A stretch of DNA of 64,000 nt from an uncultured delta proteobacterium (GTDB lineage Bacteria; Desulfobacterota; RBG-13-43-22): assembly GCA_963711835.1 (NCBI GenBank), contig CAVQFQ010000013.1, positions 1 through 64,000 of the forward strand. Reading direction: 5' to 3'. The position numbers were made by a program, and so were the translations under genes. Under the pieces are notes generated by a model. It was not told the DNA's origin. It saw nothing but the letters and a program-made list of their open reading frames with translations, and did not search any database. Below are positions 1 to 10,868 of this stretch, one piece after another (the first letter of the stretch is position 1; the number at the start of each line of letters is the position of its first letter).

Positions 1-1229
1 ACCGTTTGGGAAATTACCTGGATGATCCCACCCATGGCCATCCTGAGGTTCTCCAAAGTTTGATCCAGCCTGGCCTGGGCTTTTTTTCTATCGGTGATAT
101 CCCTTAGGTAGGCCAGGGATAAGGATTTCCCTTGAAAAGGCATTTGCGTTGAAGAGGCCTCTATGTAAACTATTTCTCCGTCCTTTCGGATCCCCTTATA
201 TTCATAGCGGGACGGTACCGGTTCTCCGCGCTGTCGGCGGCGATTGTAATCAGTAAGCTTTTCGCGGTCATCAGGATGCAACACTATCGTAAATGATCGA
301 CCCAGGACCTCCTCCGGCTTTTCGAACCCGTACATCTCGCAATATTTCTGATTGACATAACGAAGCGCTTCACCTTCTATAATAGCCACCCCGTCATTCG
401 AACTTTCTATGGCTACGCGATACTGCTCCTCGCTCTCCTTTAGCTTCTTCTCCGCCAGCCTGCGCTCGGTGACATCGTGGGCCAAGCCGCGCACAATGGG
501 AACAGCCACGCCTTCGGTCCGCAGGGTATTGTTATATTCCCAGTAACGGGTTTCGCCGGTGGCGATTTTTATCTTCATGATGCCGCTTGCTTGGCCCTTT
601 CTTCGTATTTCATCCAAATAGGCACCGAATTGTTCACGCACCTCAGGGGTGAGGAATTTGCTTAAATTCAGGTTCAGCAAAGCTTCACGGGAAAACCCCG
701 CTAAGTTAACCGCCGCCTCATTGACGGAAAGCAGTTTTCCCTCCAGGTCGTGGGTGCAAATCAGGTCCTGGCTTTTCTCCACCAGATCGCGATAGCGCTC
801 CTCACTCTCCCGCAGGGCCTCGTTGGTCTGCTTGCGCTCCTGGAGCAAGGACCATTCACGGAGGGCGTGTTCGACCGTGCGGGGCATCGCGGCAAAGGCC
901 TCGGGGGATTTGACGATATAGTCCAGGGCCCCGGCTTTCATGGCTTCCACGGCAATCTCTTCGTTCCCGAAGCTGGTCATAATCAGGATCGGAAAAGGGC
1001 CGCTTTCCGCAGGCGAGGTCAGGACCTCGATGGCGCGGCCGTCCGGCAGGTTCAGATCCAACAGAGCGATGTCCGGAGCGCGGGCCGCGGCCATCTCCCG
1101 GTACTCCATAAGTGTCCCGGCTATCAGGACTTCGGTCTTTAAACCGGCAACCTGGATAGCTCTCCGGATGGCTTCGGCATGAGCCGGTTCGTCTTCCACG
1201 ATCAATATCTGCAAAGGGGTATCATTCAT
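1..1229 (-). CDS. Receiver + multi-PAS signalling protein, runs off the window start (output domain probably HD-GYP)
   Basis: Not in ORF track. Manual translation from ATG at 1229: MNDTPLQILIVEDEPAHAEAI...DIALLDLNLPDG...AMKAGALDYIVK (receiver), then PAS repeats (ESEERYRDLVE, RDITDRKK) and LENLRMAMGGIIQVISQT, the kind of helix that precedes HD-GYP domains. Confidence 0.8.
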   Translation of the reverse strand, partial: MNDTPLQILIVEDEPAHAEAIRRAIQVAGLKTEVLIAGTLMEYREMAAARAPDIALLDLNLPDGRAIEVLTSPAESGPFPILIMTSFGNEEIAVEAMKAGALDYIVKSPEAFAAMPRTVEHALREWSLLQERKQTNEALRESEERYRDLVEKSQDLICTHDLEGKLLSVNEAAVNLAGFSREALLNLNLSKFLTPEVREQFGAYLDEIRRKGQASGIMKIKIATGETRYWEYNNTLRTEGVAVPIVRGLAHDVTERRLAEKKLKESEEQYRVAIESSNDGVAIIEGEALRYVNQKYCEMYGFEKPEEVLGRSFTIVLHPDDREKLTDYNRRRQRGEPVPSRYEYKGIRKDGEIVYIEASSTQMPFQGKSLSLAYLRDITDRKKAQARLDQTLENLRMAMGGIIQVISQT

Positions 1230-1614
1230 TTGAGACTCCATTTGACCCTATATCCATGGCCGCCAATAAAGTATAAGGGGAGACTGGTTTTTCGAAGAAA
1301 TGGCTGGCCCCCAGCGCAAAGGCCTCCTTTTTGGTCTCAGGAGTTCCATAACCGGTAATGATTATGACCTGGGTCTCTAACTTTTTCTTTCTCACAGCTT
1401 TCAGTATCTCTAATCCTTCCTCGCCCGTGACACCGGTTAAACGCAAATCCGCCAGGATAACGGCATAATTTTTTCGGTTGATACAGTCCAGAGCCTCTTC
1501 CAGGGTCTCAGCCGTATCCACGGCGATTTCATTGGTGGAGAAGAATTTCTTAAAAACCATTAAGGTCACGATTTCATCTTCAACGATTAATAGGCGTGTT
1601 TTCCCCTTGACCAT
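1222..1614 (-). CDS. Single-domain response regulator (CheY-like)
   Basis: LLIVEDE, ILADLRL, IITGYG and FFEKP motifs; likely start ATG 1614 (ORF track extends to 1665). Confidence 0.9.
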   Translation of the reverse strand: MVKGKTRLLIVEDEIVTLMVFKKFFSTNEIAVDTAETLEEALDCINRKNYAVILADLRLTGVTGEEGLEILKAVRKKKLETQVIIITGYGTPETKKEAFALGASHFFEKPVSPYTLLAAMDIGSNGVSNE

Positions 1615-1694
1615 ATCCACCTTCCAGAGAGCCGGTATTGTTACTGGCCATGATGATTTTTTCAACTTTTTGGGAGGCCGGTATTCCTTTATAA

Positions 1695-1710
1695 TTCAAA
1701 AGGGATGCCA
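1695..1710 (-). promoter_or_regulatory. Putative sigma-54 (-24/-12) promoter
   Basis: Minus strand TGGCATCCCTTTTGAA (TGGCA-N-TTG, variant -12), just downstream of a sigma-54 activator gene. Confidence 0.5.
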
Positions 1711-1776
1711 GGATGGATTCCTGAGGAAAGGTACTGTTTTTTCAGGAGGTTCTTATAAAGAGAGGTAAAGGTCTCC

Positions 1777-1821
1777 GTCTCAATAATCAAATCTTGAGAC
1801 GAGTCGTCTCAGGTCCTGAGA
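1777..1821. promoter_or_regulatory. Tandem GTCTCA...TGAGAC palindromes, putative enhancer-binding-protein sites
   Basis: gtctcaataatcaaatcttgagac and gtctcaggtcctgagac lie ~70-110 bp upstream of the sigma-54 motif. Confidence 0.45.
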
Positions 1822-1837
1822 CGGTTCTCGGGGCAGG

Positions 1838-3154
1838 TTACGTTTTGAGCTGTTTCAGTTTGCGGTAGAATGTGGCCCGGGAGATACCCAGGATCCGGGC
1901 GGCCCGGTTGACATCGCCGTCGCAATCCTTGAGAACCGCCTTAAGACGTAGGGCTTCAGCCTCGTCCGAGACTTTCCTCCTTTCAGGACCACCCTGCTTC
2001 CAGGTGATGGTTTCCAGCCCGGGGAAATGGGACGGAGCAAGCGGTTCGCCCCTGGAAAGGAGGAGGCCTCTCTCCAAAACATTGCGCAGCTCCCTGATAT
2101 TTCCCGGCCAGGGATATTGCCAAAACAGGCCCAATATTTCCGGAGACAGTTTCGAATCGGGAACCTCCAGGCTTTGGAGCAGATGGGTGGCCAGGCCTTC
2201 AATATCTTCCGGCCTTTCCCTTAAAGGCGGGAGCAAGATCGGAAAGACCTGGATCCTGAAATAAAGTTCCTTGCGAAAGCGGCCCTGGGCGACCTCTTCA
2301 GGGAGGTCCTTGTTGGTAGCGCCGAGTAAGCGAAAGTCACTTCGGCGCTGCTTGACATCCCCGATGCGGCGGAAACTTTTTTCTTCGATCACTTTAAGAA
2401 ACTGGGCCTGGACGCCCCATTCCATGTCCCCGACTTCATCCAGGAAGAGAGAGCCCCGGTCGGCCACCTCGATCAGGCCCGGCCGGTCCTGGACCGCCGA
2501 GGTATAGGCCCCGCGGGCTGCGCCGAACAACTCGCTGGCCAGCATATCTCCCTTCAGCGCGGAACAATTAATCTCTACAAACGGCTGGTCCCTACGACTG
2601 CTCCGGCGGTGAATCCATTTGGCCAGCATCCCTTTGCCGGTTCCCGACTCCCCCAAAAGCAAAACCACGGAATCCGTATCGGCCGCCAGGGCCGCCAGTT
2701 CTTCCACCTTCCGAATGGTCGGGCTTTGGCCGAAGTAGATCTCATCTGTTTTTGCCAGGCGCCGGCCGGTATAGTCCTTTCGCCTCATGGAACCCAGTTC
2801 CAGAGTCTTGCGCAGAAAAACCTCCAGGCTGGCCATGTCTACCGGTTTGGTCAGTAGGTTGTCGGCGCCGCGGCGCATGGCCTCCACGGCAATGGGTATA
2901 TCCCCGGCCCCGGTGATGACAATAATGGGCAGTTCGGGATGGTTCTCCCTCAGTGCCGGAATCCAGTCCAGACCGTTGCCGTCCGGAAGGCCCAGGTCAA
3001 GCAGCAGGGCGTCGTATCGTTGGCCGGCGACGGCCTCCTGGGCTTCAGCCAGGGTGGCGGCCTCCTGCACCTGGTAGCCGTTTTTTGTCAAATATTTCGA
3101 AAACCCAAATCGTATGGCCGCTTCGTCATCCACTAATAGGATGATGGGTTTCAT
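1838..3154 (-). CDS. Sigma-54-dependent NtrC/AtoC-family response regulator
   Basis: Receiver domain, Walker A GESGTGK, GAYTSA (GAFTGA-like) loop, WPGNIREL, C-terminal Fis HTH. Confidence 0.95.
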   Translation of the reverse strand: MKPIILLVDDEAAIRFGFSKYLTKNGYQVQEAATLAEAQEAVAGQRYDALLLDLGLPDGNGLDWIPALRENHPELPIIVITGAGDIPIAVEAMRRGADNLLTKPVDMASLEVFLRKTLELGSMRRKDYTGRRLAKTDEIYFGQSPTIRKVEELAALAADTDSVVLLLGESGTGKGMLAKWIHRRSSRRDQPFVEINCSALKGDMLASELFGAARGAYTSAVQDRPGLIEVADRGSLFLDEVGDMEWGVQAQFLKVIEEKSFRRIGDVKQRRSDFRLLGATNKDLPEEVAQGRFRKELYFRIQVFPILLPPLRERPEDIEGLATHLLQSLEVPDSKLSPEILGLFWQYPWPGNIRELRNVLERGLLLSRGEPLAPSHFPGLETITWKQGGPERRKVSDEAEALRLKAVLKDCDGDVNRAARILGISRATFYRKLKQLKT

Positions 3155-5930
3155 GAATCAATACCTCTCTTTCAGTGAAAATCGGCAACGTTACCACCAA
3201 GGTGCAACCCGGCGGGGGATCGTTGTTCCAAATGGCTACCCGGCCGCCCAGCGACTCGACGAAATTTTTGACCAGACTCAGACCCAGTCCCGTCCCTCCC
3301 TTTCGAGTGGTAAAGAAGGGATCGAAGACCCGGGGAAGATAATCAGGAGAAATGCCTTTTCCCTGATCCATAATTCGGATGCGGCACGTTTTTTTATTCA
3401 ATATCTGGACGCTGAGATCAATGGTGCTTCCTTCCGGGCTGTTTTGGGCGGCATTGTCCAGGAGATTTAGCAGGGCCTGTTGGAGGCGAATCGGGTCCGT
3501 TTTTATAAGGATCTTTTTCGCTTCACCGGGCAGATCGATGGATAAGTCATGGGTCGTAACAAAACCGGCGCCCTGCCAAAGGGCTTGGGCACCTTTTACT
3601 AATTCATCCAGCGAGTGGGACTGGAAAAGATCCAGTTGTACAGGCCTTCCCAGTTCCAACAAATCCTTCATCAAATTGGACAGTCGGCTGACCTGGGTTC
3701 GGATATGGTCGAGATAGGGCTGGTATTCGGGATTATCCCCCAGGTCCTTGAAAAGGGCTTCGCTGACGGCCAGGATGGCGTTGAGGGGATTACGGACCTC
3801 ATGGGCCACGCCCGCCACTACCAGGTTCAGTATTTTCATTTCCTGAAAATGCTTTAACTGTTTTTCAATCTGCTTGCGCTCGGTGATGTCGCTGTAGGCG
3901 ATGGCGACACCATAGCCCCCCAGCGGTATGGGCGCGGCGGTCACACTGATCCAGGTGATTTCGCCTTTGTCCTTTACAATGCCCATCTCCACGTTCTCAA
4001 TCAGACGGTTTTCTCGCAATGCCCTGGTACTGGCATACTCATCGGCGGGCATGGGTGTGCCGTCCTTCCGAATAATCTGCCATTCCTTGCTGTCGATTCT
4101 CCTTTGAGCGTGTACCTCGCGAGTGATGCCCAACAGCTGTTCTGATTGGCGATTCGCTTCTATGATCTTGCCCGATTTGTCTGAAATAGTGATGCCGAGT
4201 GGAAACGATTCGAACAAGACCCGGTACTTTTCCAGGCTGACTCGCAACGCACTTTCCATTAATTTCCTGGCTGTAATATCCTGGGCTGTTCCGAAAACGC
4301 TCATAATTCTGCCATCGCTGTCCTTTTTTGGATATCCTATCGCGTGCATCCACCGAATAGTTTTATCTGGACGAAGTATCCGGAACTCAATGTCGAAGGG
4401 GATTCCTTCAGCAATTGATGTTGTCACTGCATTGTTAAGGATACTCCAGTCATCGGGGTGGGTAACCTTCTGGTGTGCTTCGAAGGAAGGTTCGTCCTTT
4501 TCAGGGTCAAGACCGAATATGTGGAAGATTTCCTCGGACCATGTGGGTGTCATGATGGATGTATCGAGTTCCCAGTGGCCGATATGTGCCACTCCTTGAG
4601 CTTCTCTGAGAAGAGCCTCGCTCTTTGCCAGTGCCTCCTCTGCCCTCTTGCGCTCGGTGATATCGCGAATAATCATACTGGTTCTAAAGGCGTCATTTCC
4701 AACTGTGAACAAGGCCGTAGAAATTTCGGCCGGGAATCGAGTCCCATCCTTTCTTTGTAAGGTAAGTTCGCCCTTGAATTTGCCAGTACGCTTTCGTTCC
4801 TCCAAAGCCATGGCCAGGCGGGGGTCCGTTCTATCCACCACACCGGTTCGGTCGATTTTATTTAATTCTCCCTCGGTGTATCCCAGCATACGGCAGGCCT
4901 CTTCGTTGGCTTCCAGGATGTTCCCATCCGGCGTTGTCAGCAGAACCGCATCAATGCTGTTACTGAAGAAGGTCCGGTAGCTTTCTTCGCTTTCACGCAG
5001 GATTTCTTGGGAACGGAATAACTCCTGGTTGGCGGCCAAAAGTGACTGGGTTTTTTCCTTGACCTTATGTCTAAAGACTATGCTTGCCCCCAAGAAAAAG
5101 AGGAGCAGTCCACCCAACCCGCCCAAGGCCCAAGGCAACCAAGAGGGGAAAACCGTTTTTCGCAGGTAAACTCCCATCCATTTATCCAGTGACTGGTAAT
5201 AGAAGGAGTTTTTATCGACCTTAAGAGTGGCAAAATTAGTATCCAGGATGGAAATTATGGATCCATGTCGCCCTTTGGGAACGGCGGAGCGGATTTTCAT
5301 CGGTGAGAAGTAGATAGTGGTTGGTTCTATGTTGCGGAATCGTCCCTCCAGGACCAACCCATTGACCTTAGTATTTATCCCGGCGTCAACCTCTCCGCGC
5401 TCAACAGCCAGGAAGACTTCGGTATATTCGTTCATTTCCCTGATCCGGGCCTTGATAGCGAACTGCTCCAAGAGTTTTTTAAATTCCTCGGTATATATGC
5501 TGCCTTTCCGAACAGCAATGGTTTTACCTTTAAGGGCAAGGATGTCTGAAATATCCTTGCCCTTTCTTCGGTAAACCAGGCCCCAGTCCAGGAAAAGAAA
5601 GTCTTTGGTAAAATCAAATTTTTTAGCCCTTTCCTCATTATAGATGAGGGTCGGCAGAAGATCTATTTCGCCCTTTTCCAAACGCGCCAGGTTTTCGACC
5701 AAGGTGCCCGGTATGAATTCCAGCTTCCAATTCTCTTTGGCGGCCAGGTGGAAAAGAACATCGATATAGAGGCCCTTGGGCAGGCCCTCCTTATCGATAA
5801 AGGCTACGGGTTCAAAATTAAAAACCCCGACTTTGAGGACGGTTTCAGGTTGAGCTGCTGCTGTCTGGATAAAGAGGGATAACAGGAGGATCGTCAGGAA
5901 AACTTTTAGGACAACCATTTTAGAAAGCAT
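3126..5930 (-). CDS. Sensor histidine kinase with periplasmic solute-binding domain and PAS domains
   Basis: Signal peptide, SBP-family-3-like domain, TM helix, three PAS repeats, H-box AHEVRNPL, G-box GTGLGL. Confidence 0.95.
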   Translation of the reverse strand: MLSKMVVLKVFLTILLLSLFIQTAAAQPETVLKVGVFNFEPVAFIDKEGLPKGLYIDVLFHLAAKENWKLEFIPGTLVENLARLEKGEIDLLPTLIYNEERAKKFDFTKDFLFLDWGLVYRRKGKDISDILALKGKTIAVRKGSIYTEEFKKLLEQFAIKARIREMNEYTEVFLAVERGEVDAGINTKVNGLVLEGRFRNIEPTTIYFSPMKIRSAVPKGRHGSIISILDTNFATLKVDKNSFYYQSLDKWMGVYLRKTVFPSWLPWALGGLGGLLLFFLGASIVFRHKVKEKTQSLLAANQELFRSQEILRESEESYRTFFSNSIDAVLLTTPDGNILEANEEACRMLGYTEGELNKIDRTGVVDRTDPRLAMALEERKRTGKFKGELTLQRKDGTRFPAEISTALFTVGNDAFRTSMIIRDITERKRAEEALAKSEALLREAQGVAHIGHWELDTSIMTPTWSEEIFHIFGLDPEKDEPSFEAHQKVTHPDDWSILNNAVTTSIAEGIPFDIEFRILRPDKTIRWMHAIGYPKKDSDGRIMSVFGTAQDITARKLMESALRVSLEKYRVLFESFPLGITISDKSGKIIEANRQSEQLLGITREVHAQRRIDSKEWQIIRKDGTPMPADEYASTRALRENRLIENVEMGIVKDKGEITWISVTAAPIPLGGYGVAIAYSDITERKQIEKQLKHFQEMKILNLVVAGVAHEVRNPLNAILAVSEALFKDLGDNPEYQPYLDHIRTQVSRLSNLMKDLLELGRPVQLDLFQSHSLDELVKGAQALWQGAGFVTTHDLSIDLPGEAKKILIKTDPIRLQQALLNLLDNAAQNSPEGSTIDLSVQILNKKTCRIRIMDQGKGISPDYLPRVFDPFFTTRKGGTGLGLSLVKNFVESLGGRVAIWNNDPPPGCTLVVTLPIFTEREVLIHETHHPISG

Positions 5931-5975
5931 GCTGCGGTCCCTATGTATTCGAAAAGGTCCTGCCCAATGCAGACT

Positions 5976-6344
5976 TCAGGCGGTTTCCGGAAAGACCTGA
6001 AAATTCATCATCTGAAAATCTCGATCAAAAGAAAAAACGGTGTCGATCTTGAGGGCCTCCATGACCGCAAAACTCGTGCAGTCCGTGTAGCTGAATTCCT
6101 GATCTTTGAATTTGAGAAAGAGTTCCCAGGCCCTTTCTTTGTGTTCCCGTCGCACAGTAACAAGAGTCGTCAATCGGCTGTCTTTCAATCGTCTACCGAA
6201 GTGGCCCGCTATCGTCCAACCGAGCCGCCTTCGGATGAGGGTCACCGTTTCATCGAAAATGGAATTGGTTGTCAGCAAAGGGGAATAATTCAGCCTGAGG
6301 TATGCGGCGTGTGGGTGAGTGGGGTCATTCTGTCCATCCTTCAA
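5976..6344 (-). pseudogene. Orphan PIN/VapC-family gene lacking its N-terminus
   Basis: TTNSIFDET, SYTDCTSF and FSFDRDF PIN motifs present; N-terminal DT motif and cognate antitoxin absent. Confidence 0.65.
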
Positions 6345-6520
6345 GACAAGAGAAATGGATGGGCAAGAACCGGGCCAATGGGCGGGGCCATAAGGTAGCT
6401 CCTCATAAAGGTTTACTGCAGAGCAACTTGGCCTAACTTCCGGATTTCTTTTTATATTGTAATACGCTGAGGGAGAGAGTCAACAAAAAAATGGGCGAAA
6501 TAGGGGACGTCCCCTGTTCG

Positions 6521-6934
6521 CTACTTATTGGGTAAAACGGCTATCCGGGGGGATTCTATTAAATGTTCATCTGCTGTAACCAGGGTCAGATTATAAACCA
6601 GAGCTGTAGCCGCCAAGACCCTATCCGCAGGGTCATTATGGCGGAGTTTCATAGACCGGGTTTCTTTGGCAACCTGAAAATTTATGGAAGCTTCTTTAAA
6701 AGGAACCTGCCTGAAGACCTTCTCCAGCCAGCGCATAGGTTCGGATTCTAAAACGATCCTTCCTTTTTCAACCAGAATTAAGAACTCCCAGATACTGATG
6801 GGAGACAGCCATAGATCATTGGCCGGATTTTTCAAAGCCCGGACCACCTTGGGCCGAAGATGCCCGGGTTCCAGCAAGCTCCAGATCCAGATATGGGTGT
6901 CCAATAATAGATTCACCCTTTCAAAACCTCCCAA
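6521..6934 (-). CDS. vapC: Type II toxin VapC (PIN domain)
   Basis: LLLDTHIWIW, SPISIWE, DPADR, LVTAD; true start probably the GTG near 6916. Confidence 0.9.
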   Translation of the reverse strand: MGGFERVNLLLDTHIWIWSLLEPGHLRPKVVRALKNPANDLWLSPISIWEFLILVEKGRIVLESEPMRWLEKVFRQVPFKEASINFQVAKETRSMKLRHNDPADRVLAATALVYNLTLVTADEHLIESPRIAVLPNK

Positions 6935-7167
6935 TCTTTTTCTTCCATAACGGGAGAGATAATGTCCCCGGTAATTTTCCCCGTAGATTTAAAAGATCCC
7001 AGCCAGGACGCCGTTTTCTGGGGAGCAGGCGGGGAAATCACCTGGGCAATCGGTTCCCCTTTCTTGGTAACTATGATAGGTTGGCCGGTTTTTTTTACCC
7101 GATCCAGCAGGGATAAACAGGTCGCTTTAAACTTGGATATGGGTATCATTTCCTCCATCAAAAACAC
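6913..7167 (-). CDS. Phd/YefM-family antitoxin
   Basis: ISKFKATCLSLLDRV...IIVTKKGEPIA; overlaps vapC; TAGTC/GACTA operator-like repeats at 7201-7220. Confidence 0.9.
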   Translation of the reverse strand: MFLMEEMIPISKFKATCLSLLDRVKKTGQPIIVTKKGEPIAQVISPPAPQKTASWLGSFKSTGKITGDIISPVMEEKDWEVLKG

Positions 7168-7310
7168 CTCCAGGGAATTAGAGTGTCTCTGTTTTTACCA
7201 TAGTCAAGGACTATAGTCAATTAGATAAATTGACGCCGGGAAAAGGTCAGCCGTCATGTAAAGTTATTGACCTTTTTACGGACGTACCACCCTGTTTTAT
7301 TTTTTATTTT

Positions 7311-9494
7311 CTATCGCCACTGGGGCTTCAGGATCAGGGCCGAGAGCGGGGGCAGGGTCAAGGGGATTGAATACGGATAGGCATGAAAAGGAACCGGCTC
7401 GGCATAGAGGACGCCGCCGTTACCCAGGTTGCTTCCACCGTACCAGCTTGAATCGCTGTTTAACACCTCCCGGTAGTAAGGGGCTTCGGGAACACCGATC
7501 CGGTAGCCGAAATGGGGCACCGGGGTCAAATTAAGGACCACCACCAGCCAGCTTTCTTTGGCCCGGCGGACATAAGAGACGATCGACTGCTGCCAGTCCT
7601 GGCAATCAATCCACTGGAAGCCTTCCGGGCGATGGTCCCATTCCCAGAGGGCCGGCTCCTCCAGGTACAACTTTCCCAGATCGGCCAAAAAACCCTGGAA
7701 GCCCTTTCGCAGCGGGTCTTCCTCTAAATGCCAATCCAGGCTCTGATCGTGGTCCCACTCCCTTTCCATGGCCAGCTCGCTGCCCATGAACAGGAGCTTC
7801 TTTCCGGGATGGGTATACATATAGGCCAGCAGGGTCCTCAAATTGGCAAACTTCTGCCAGGTATCTCCGGGCATCTTATTCAGCAGGGACCCCTTGCCGT
7901 GAACCACCTCATCGTGGGAAAAGGGCAGGATAAAATTTTCCGTATGGGCATAGAGCATGGAGAAAGTCAATTCGTTATGGTGGAAACAGCGGTGAACCGG
8001 GTCCTTGGAAAAATAGAGCAGGGTATCGTGCATCCAACCCATATTCCACTTGAAGCCGAAACCCAGGCCGCCCCGGTAGGTGGGGGCGCTGACCCCCGTC
8101 CAGTCCGTGGATTCTTCGGCTACGGTGAAACAACCCGGGAATTCCCGGTAGACCAGTTCGTTTAAGGTCTTGATAAAAGAAATGGCCTCCAAGTTTTCAC
8201 GTCCGCCATAGACATTCGGAATCCATTCGCCTTCATTACGGCTGTAATCCAGGTAGAGCATAGAGGCCACGGCATCGACCCGCAGGGCGTCGATATGGTA
8301 TTGATCCAGCCAGAAGAGGGCGTTGGTCAGGAGAAAATTGCGGACCTCGTTTCTTCCGAAGTTGAAGATCAGGGTCCCCCAATCCTGGTGCTCCCCTTTC
8401 TTGGGATCGGCATGCTCATAAAGGGCCGTGCCGTCAAACCAGCGCAGGGCGAAATCATCCTTGGGGAAATGGGCCGGCACCCAATCCAGGATAACGCCGA
8501 TGCCGGCCTGGTGGCAGGCGTCCACCAGAAAACGGAAGTCATCCGGGCTTCCATAGCGGCTGGTAGGGGCATAATACCCGGTAACCTGGTAGCCCCAGGA
8601 GCCGTCGAAAGGATGTTCGGCAATCGGCATCAGTTCCAGATGGGTAAACCCAAACCGTTTCATTTCATCGATCAGGTAAGGGGTTATTTCCCGGTAGGTA
8701 AAGGGCCGGTTGTCTCCTTCAGGGACCCTGCGAAAGGAACCCAGGTGGCACTCATAAATGGACATCGGGGCCGTCCGGTGGTCAAATTTTCGGCGTCTTT
8801 CCATCCATCCCGAATCCCCCCATTGGTAAGCGGACAGGTCCCAGACCCTGGCGCAGATGGCCGGCGGAAGTTCCATGGAAAAGGCAAAGGGATCGGTCTT
8901 GATCCGGAGATGGCCCTCCCGGGTCTTAATTTCGAACTTATAGAGTGCCCCCGGCCTCAGGCCGGGCAGAAATAATTCCCAAATCCCGGAGCGGCCCATG
9001 GAACGCATGGGGAAAAGGCGGCCGTCCCAGCGGTTGAATTCCCCCAGCAGGCTGACCCGTTTGGCATTGGGGGCCCAAACGGCAAAGGAGACGCCTGAGA
9101 CGCCGTCCAGGGTGGTTTGATGGGCCCCCAGTCGTTCATATAATTTAAGATGATTGCCTTCATTAAAAAGAAAAAGGTCCATCTCTCCCAGGCTGGGGAG
9201 AAACCGGTAAGGGTCTTCGGTTTCCCAGGTGTTGCCGTCCTTGAAATGAAACCGGAAATGATAAGGGAAAGGCCAGGCGGCCTTCTTGAGATCGGCCTCA
9301 AAAACCCCCCCGGGATGGATACGGGCCATGGTGACGGACTGGCCGTCCCACAACAGGGTGACCCGGTAGGCTTCGGGATGATAGGCCCGGATGATCAGCC
9401 CCTGATCCGAGCCCTGCTTATACGGATGGCCCCCCAGAATATGATGGGGATCGGAATGGTCCCCTCTGACCAAGGTGTCCAGTTCAGCTCTCAT
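7311..9494 (-). CDS. glgB: 1,4-alpha-glucan branching enzyme
   Basis: [37 protein letters not shown]. Confidence 0.97.
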   Translation of the reverse strand: MRAELDTLVRGDHSDPHHILGGHPYKQGSDQGLIIRAYHPEAYRVTLLWDGQSVTMARIHPGGVFEADLKKAAWPFPYHFRFHFKDGNTWETEDPYRFLPSLGEMDLFLFNEGNHLKLYERLGAHQTTLDGVSGVSFAVWAPNAKRVSLLGEFNRWDGRLFPMRSMGRSGIWELFLPGLRPGALYKFEIKTREGHLRIKTDPFAFSMELPPAICARVWDLSAYQWGDSGWMERRRKFDHRTAPMSIYECHLGSFRRVPEGDNRPFTYREITPYLIDEMKRFGFTHLELMPIAEHPFDGSWGYQVTGYYAPTSRYGSPDDFRFLVDACHQAGIGVILDWVPAHFPKDDFALRWFDGTALYEHADPKKGEHQDWGTLIFNFGRNEVRNFLLTNALFWLDQYHIDALRVDAVASMLYLDYSRNEGEWIPNVYGGRENLEAISFIKTLNELVYREFPGCFTVAEESTDWTGVSAPTYRGGLGFGFKWNMGWMHDTLLYFSKDPVHRCFHHNELTFSMLYAHTENFILPFSHDEVVHGKGSLLNKMPGDTWQKFANLRTLLAYMYTHPGKKLLFMGSELAMEREWDHDQSLDWHLEEDPLRKGFQGFLADLGKLYLEEPALWEWDHRPEGFQWIDCQDWQQSIVSYVRRAKESWLVVVLNLTPVPHFGYRIGVPEAPYYREVLNSDSSWYGGSNLGNGGVLYAEPVPFHAYPYSIPLTLPPLSALILKPQWR

Positions 9495-9740
9495 TCCGCC
9501 CTCCAGGAAATAAGTTCCGGTGGTATTTCGATTTCACGGGCAAAGGCTTTATAAGGCCCCCGGTCCCAGGGCCTGCTTTCAGGCAGTAATCCGTTCATTC
9601 CAATCATGGTATGGGGAAGCGCTTTCTTCTTTCTCTATGGCCTCCAACCAGGGGTTTTCCCGGGGAGGTTGATAAAAATGCCCGTGGATGCAAATATAAC
9701 GTCCGGTTTTGGTTTTCAAGAAGCGATCCTTATTCTAAAA

Positions 9741-9776
9741 AAAAGACCATGGCCGCTCCGGCGGCTATGGTCTTTT
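9741..9776. terminator. Rho-independent terminator hairpin
   Basis: aaaagaccatggccgc-tccg-gcggctatggtctttt with A/T tails, downstream of the FmdB-like gene. Confidence 0.7.
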
Positions 9777-9800
9777 CTCTCGGATATATTTTTTCCCTTC

Positions 9801-10115
9801 CTAATTGCTTTCAGACGTGCCATTGGCCGGGGTGCTGGCGGCCGGGGGGACGGCATTTTTTTCGGCGCCGTCAGCGGGTTTGGCCTTGACACTGTCAACG
9901 GCCTTGTCCTTTTCACCTTCCGCTGCCGAAGACCCTTTCCGGGCATAGTCCGTAACATACCAACCGCTCCCTTTGAGGTGAAAGGAACTCTGGGAGATCA
10001 ATTTCCTCAACGCCCCGGAACAGCCGGGGCATTCGGTCAGGGGGGAATCCGAAAATTTCTGCATGGCCTCCAGGGTGCGGCCGCATTTTTGGCATTCATA
10101 CTCGTAAATAGGCAT
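9801..10115 (-). CDS. FmdB-family zinc-ribbon protein
   Basis: MPIYEYECQKC...CPGC...LKGSGWYVTDY. Confidence 0.9.
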   Translation of the reverse strand: MPIYEYECQKCGRTLEAMQKFSDSPLTECPGCSGALRKLISQSSFHLKGSGWYVTDYARKGSSAAEGEKDKAVDSVKAKPADGAEKNAVPPAASTPANGTSESN

Positions 10116-10127
10116 TTGACAAACCTC

Positions 10128-10667
10128 CTAAATCAGTTGTCCAATTTCAGTTGGGCAGCGATGGCCCAAGTAAGAGTCCAGGATAGGGTTTAATCGGAGC
10201 CCCTTTAGGGGCTTTAAGATCTCGAAGGTCGTTTGATGGACCTTGCCTTCTTCAACAACCTTCTCTTCTTCAGTTACCTCGAAGCGCTGCATAAATTTCC
10301 TGAACCGGATTACATGCACCAATTCGTGGGTCAGAATATATACCAGTAACGGAAACAGTTCAATCCCCTCTTGGCGGTCAATGACCCCCAGGATATTATG
10401 ATCCTGGAGGCAAATCCGGTAATAATCCCTGGGATAATTTACCGGGATTCGATAAGGGAAGGGAACCACGTACCGGGCAATCTGGGCCAGACCATGGGGG
10501 GTGATCTCCTCTTCCCGGAGCTGGGTTAAGTTGGAAACCTCAAAACCATATTTCTTCCAATTGCTGGTGGAAATATGGTAATGATTACACGTAATGTCCT
10601 CGGCCACTTCCAGGGCTTTATCAACCTGGCCAATCTCCCCCGAGGAAAAGTAATTATACCCATTCAT
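10128..10667 (-). CDS. Conserved hypothetical protein with HExxH motif
   Basis: ILTHELVHVIRF; co-oriented with the FmdB-like gene. Confidence 0.75.
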   Translation of the reverse strand: MNGYNYFSSGEIGQVDKALEVAEDITCNHYHISTSNWKKYGFEVSNLTQLREEEITPHGLAQIARYVVPFPYRIPVNYPRDYYRICLQDHNILGVIDRQEGIELFPLLVYILTHELVHVIRFRKFMQRFEVTEEEKVVEEGKVHQTTFEILKPLKGLRLNPILDSYLGHRCPTEIGQLI

Positions 10668-10738
10668 GTCTCGCCTCTGAATTTATTGTTAAAGTAACAC
10701 TTTTTTATAAAGAAGTCAAGCTATTGAAAGGGCCGGAC

Positions 10739-10838
10739 TGGGGCTACGGATCACCCTTTGGACAACCTCGAAATTAAGACCCCCTGACGCCTTTAAAAAT
10801 CATGAGAGGACTTCATCACGTAACTTTGGGACTATCCC
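10739..10838. repeat. Right-end fragment of the nested-IR repeat family
   Basis: ggggctacggatcaccctttggacaacctcgaaattaagacccc...atcacgtaactttgggactatccc matches the ends of the 26.9 kb and 49.0 kb copies. Confidence 0.8.
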
Positions 10839-10868
10839 TAATTTTAAAAATGAAAGGAGCGGCAGAAA

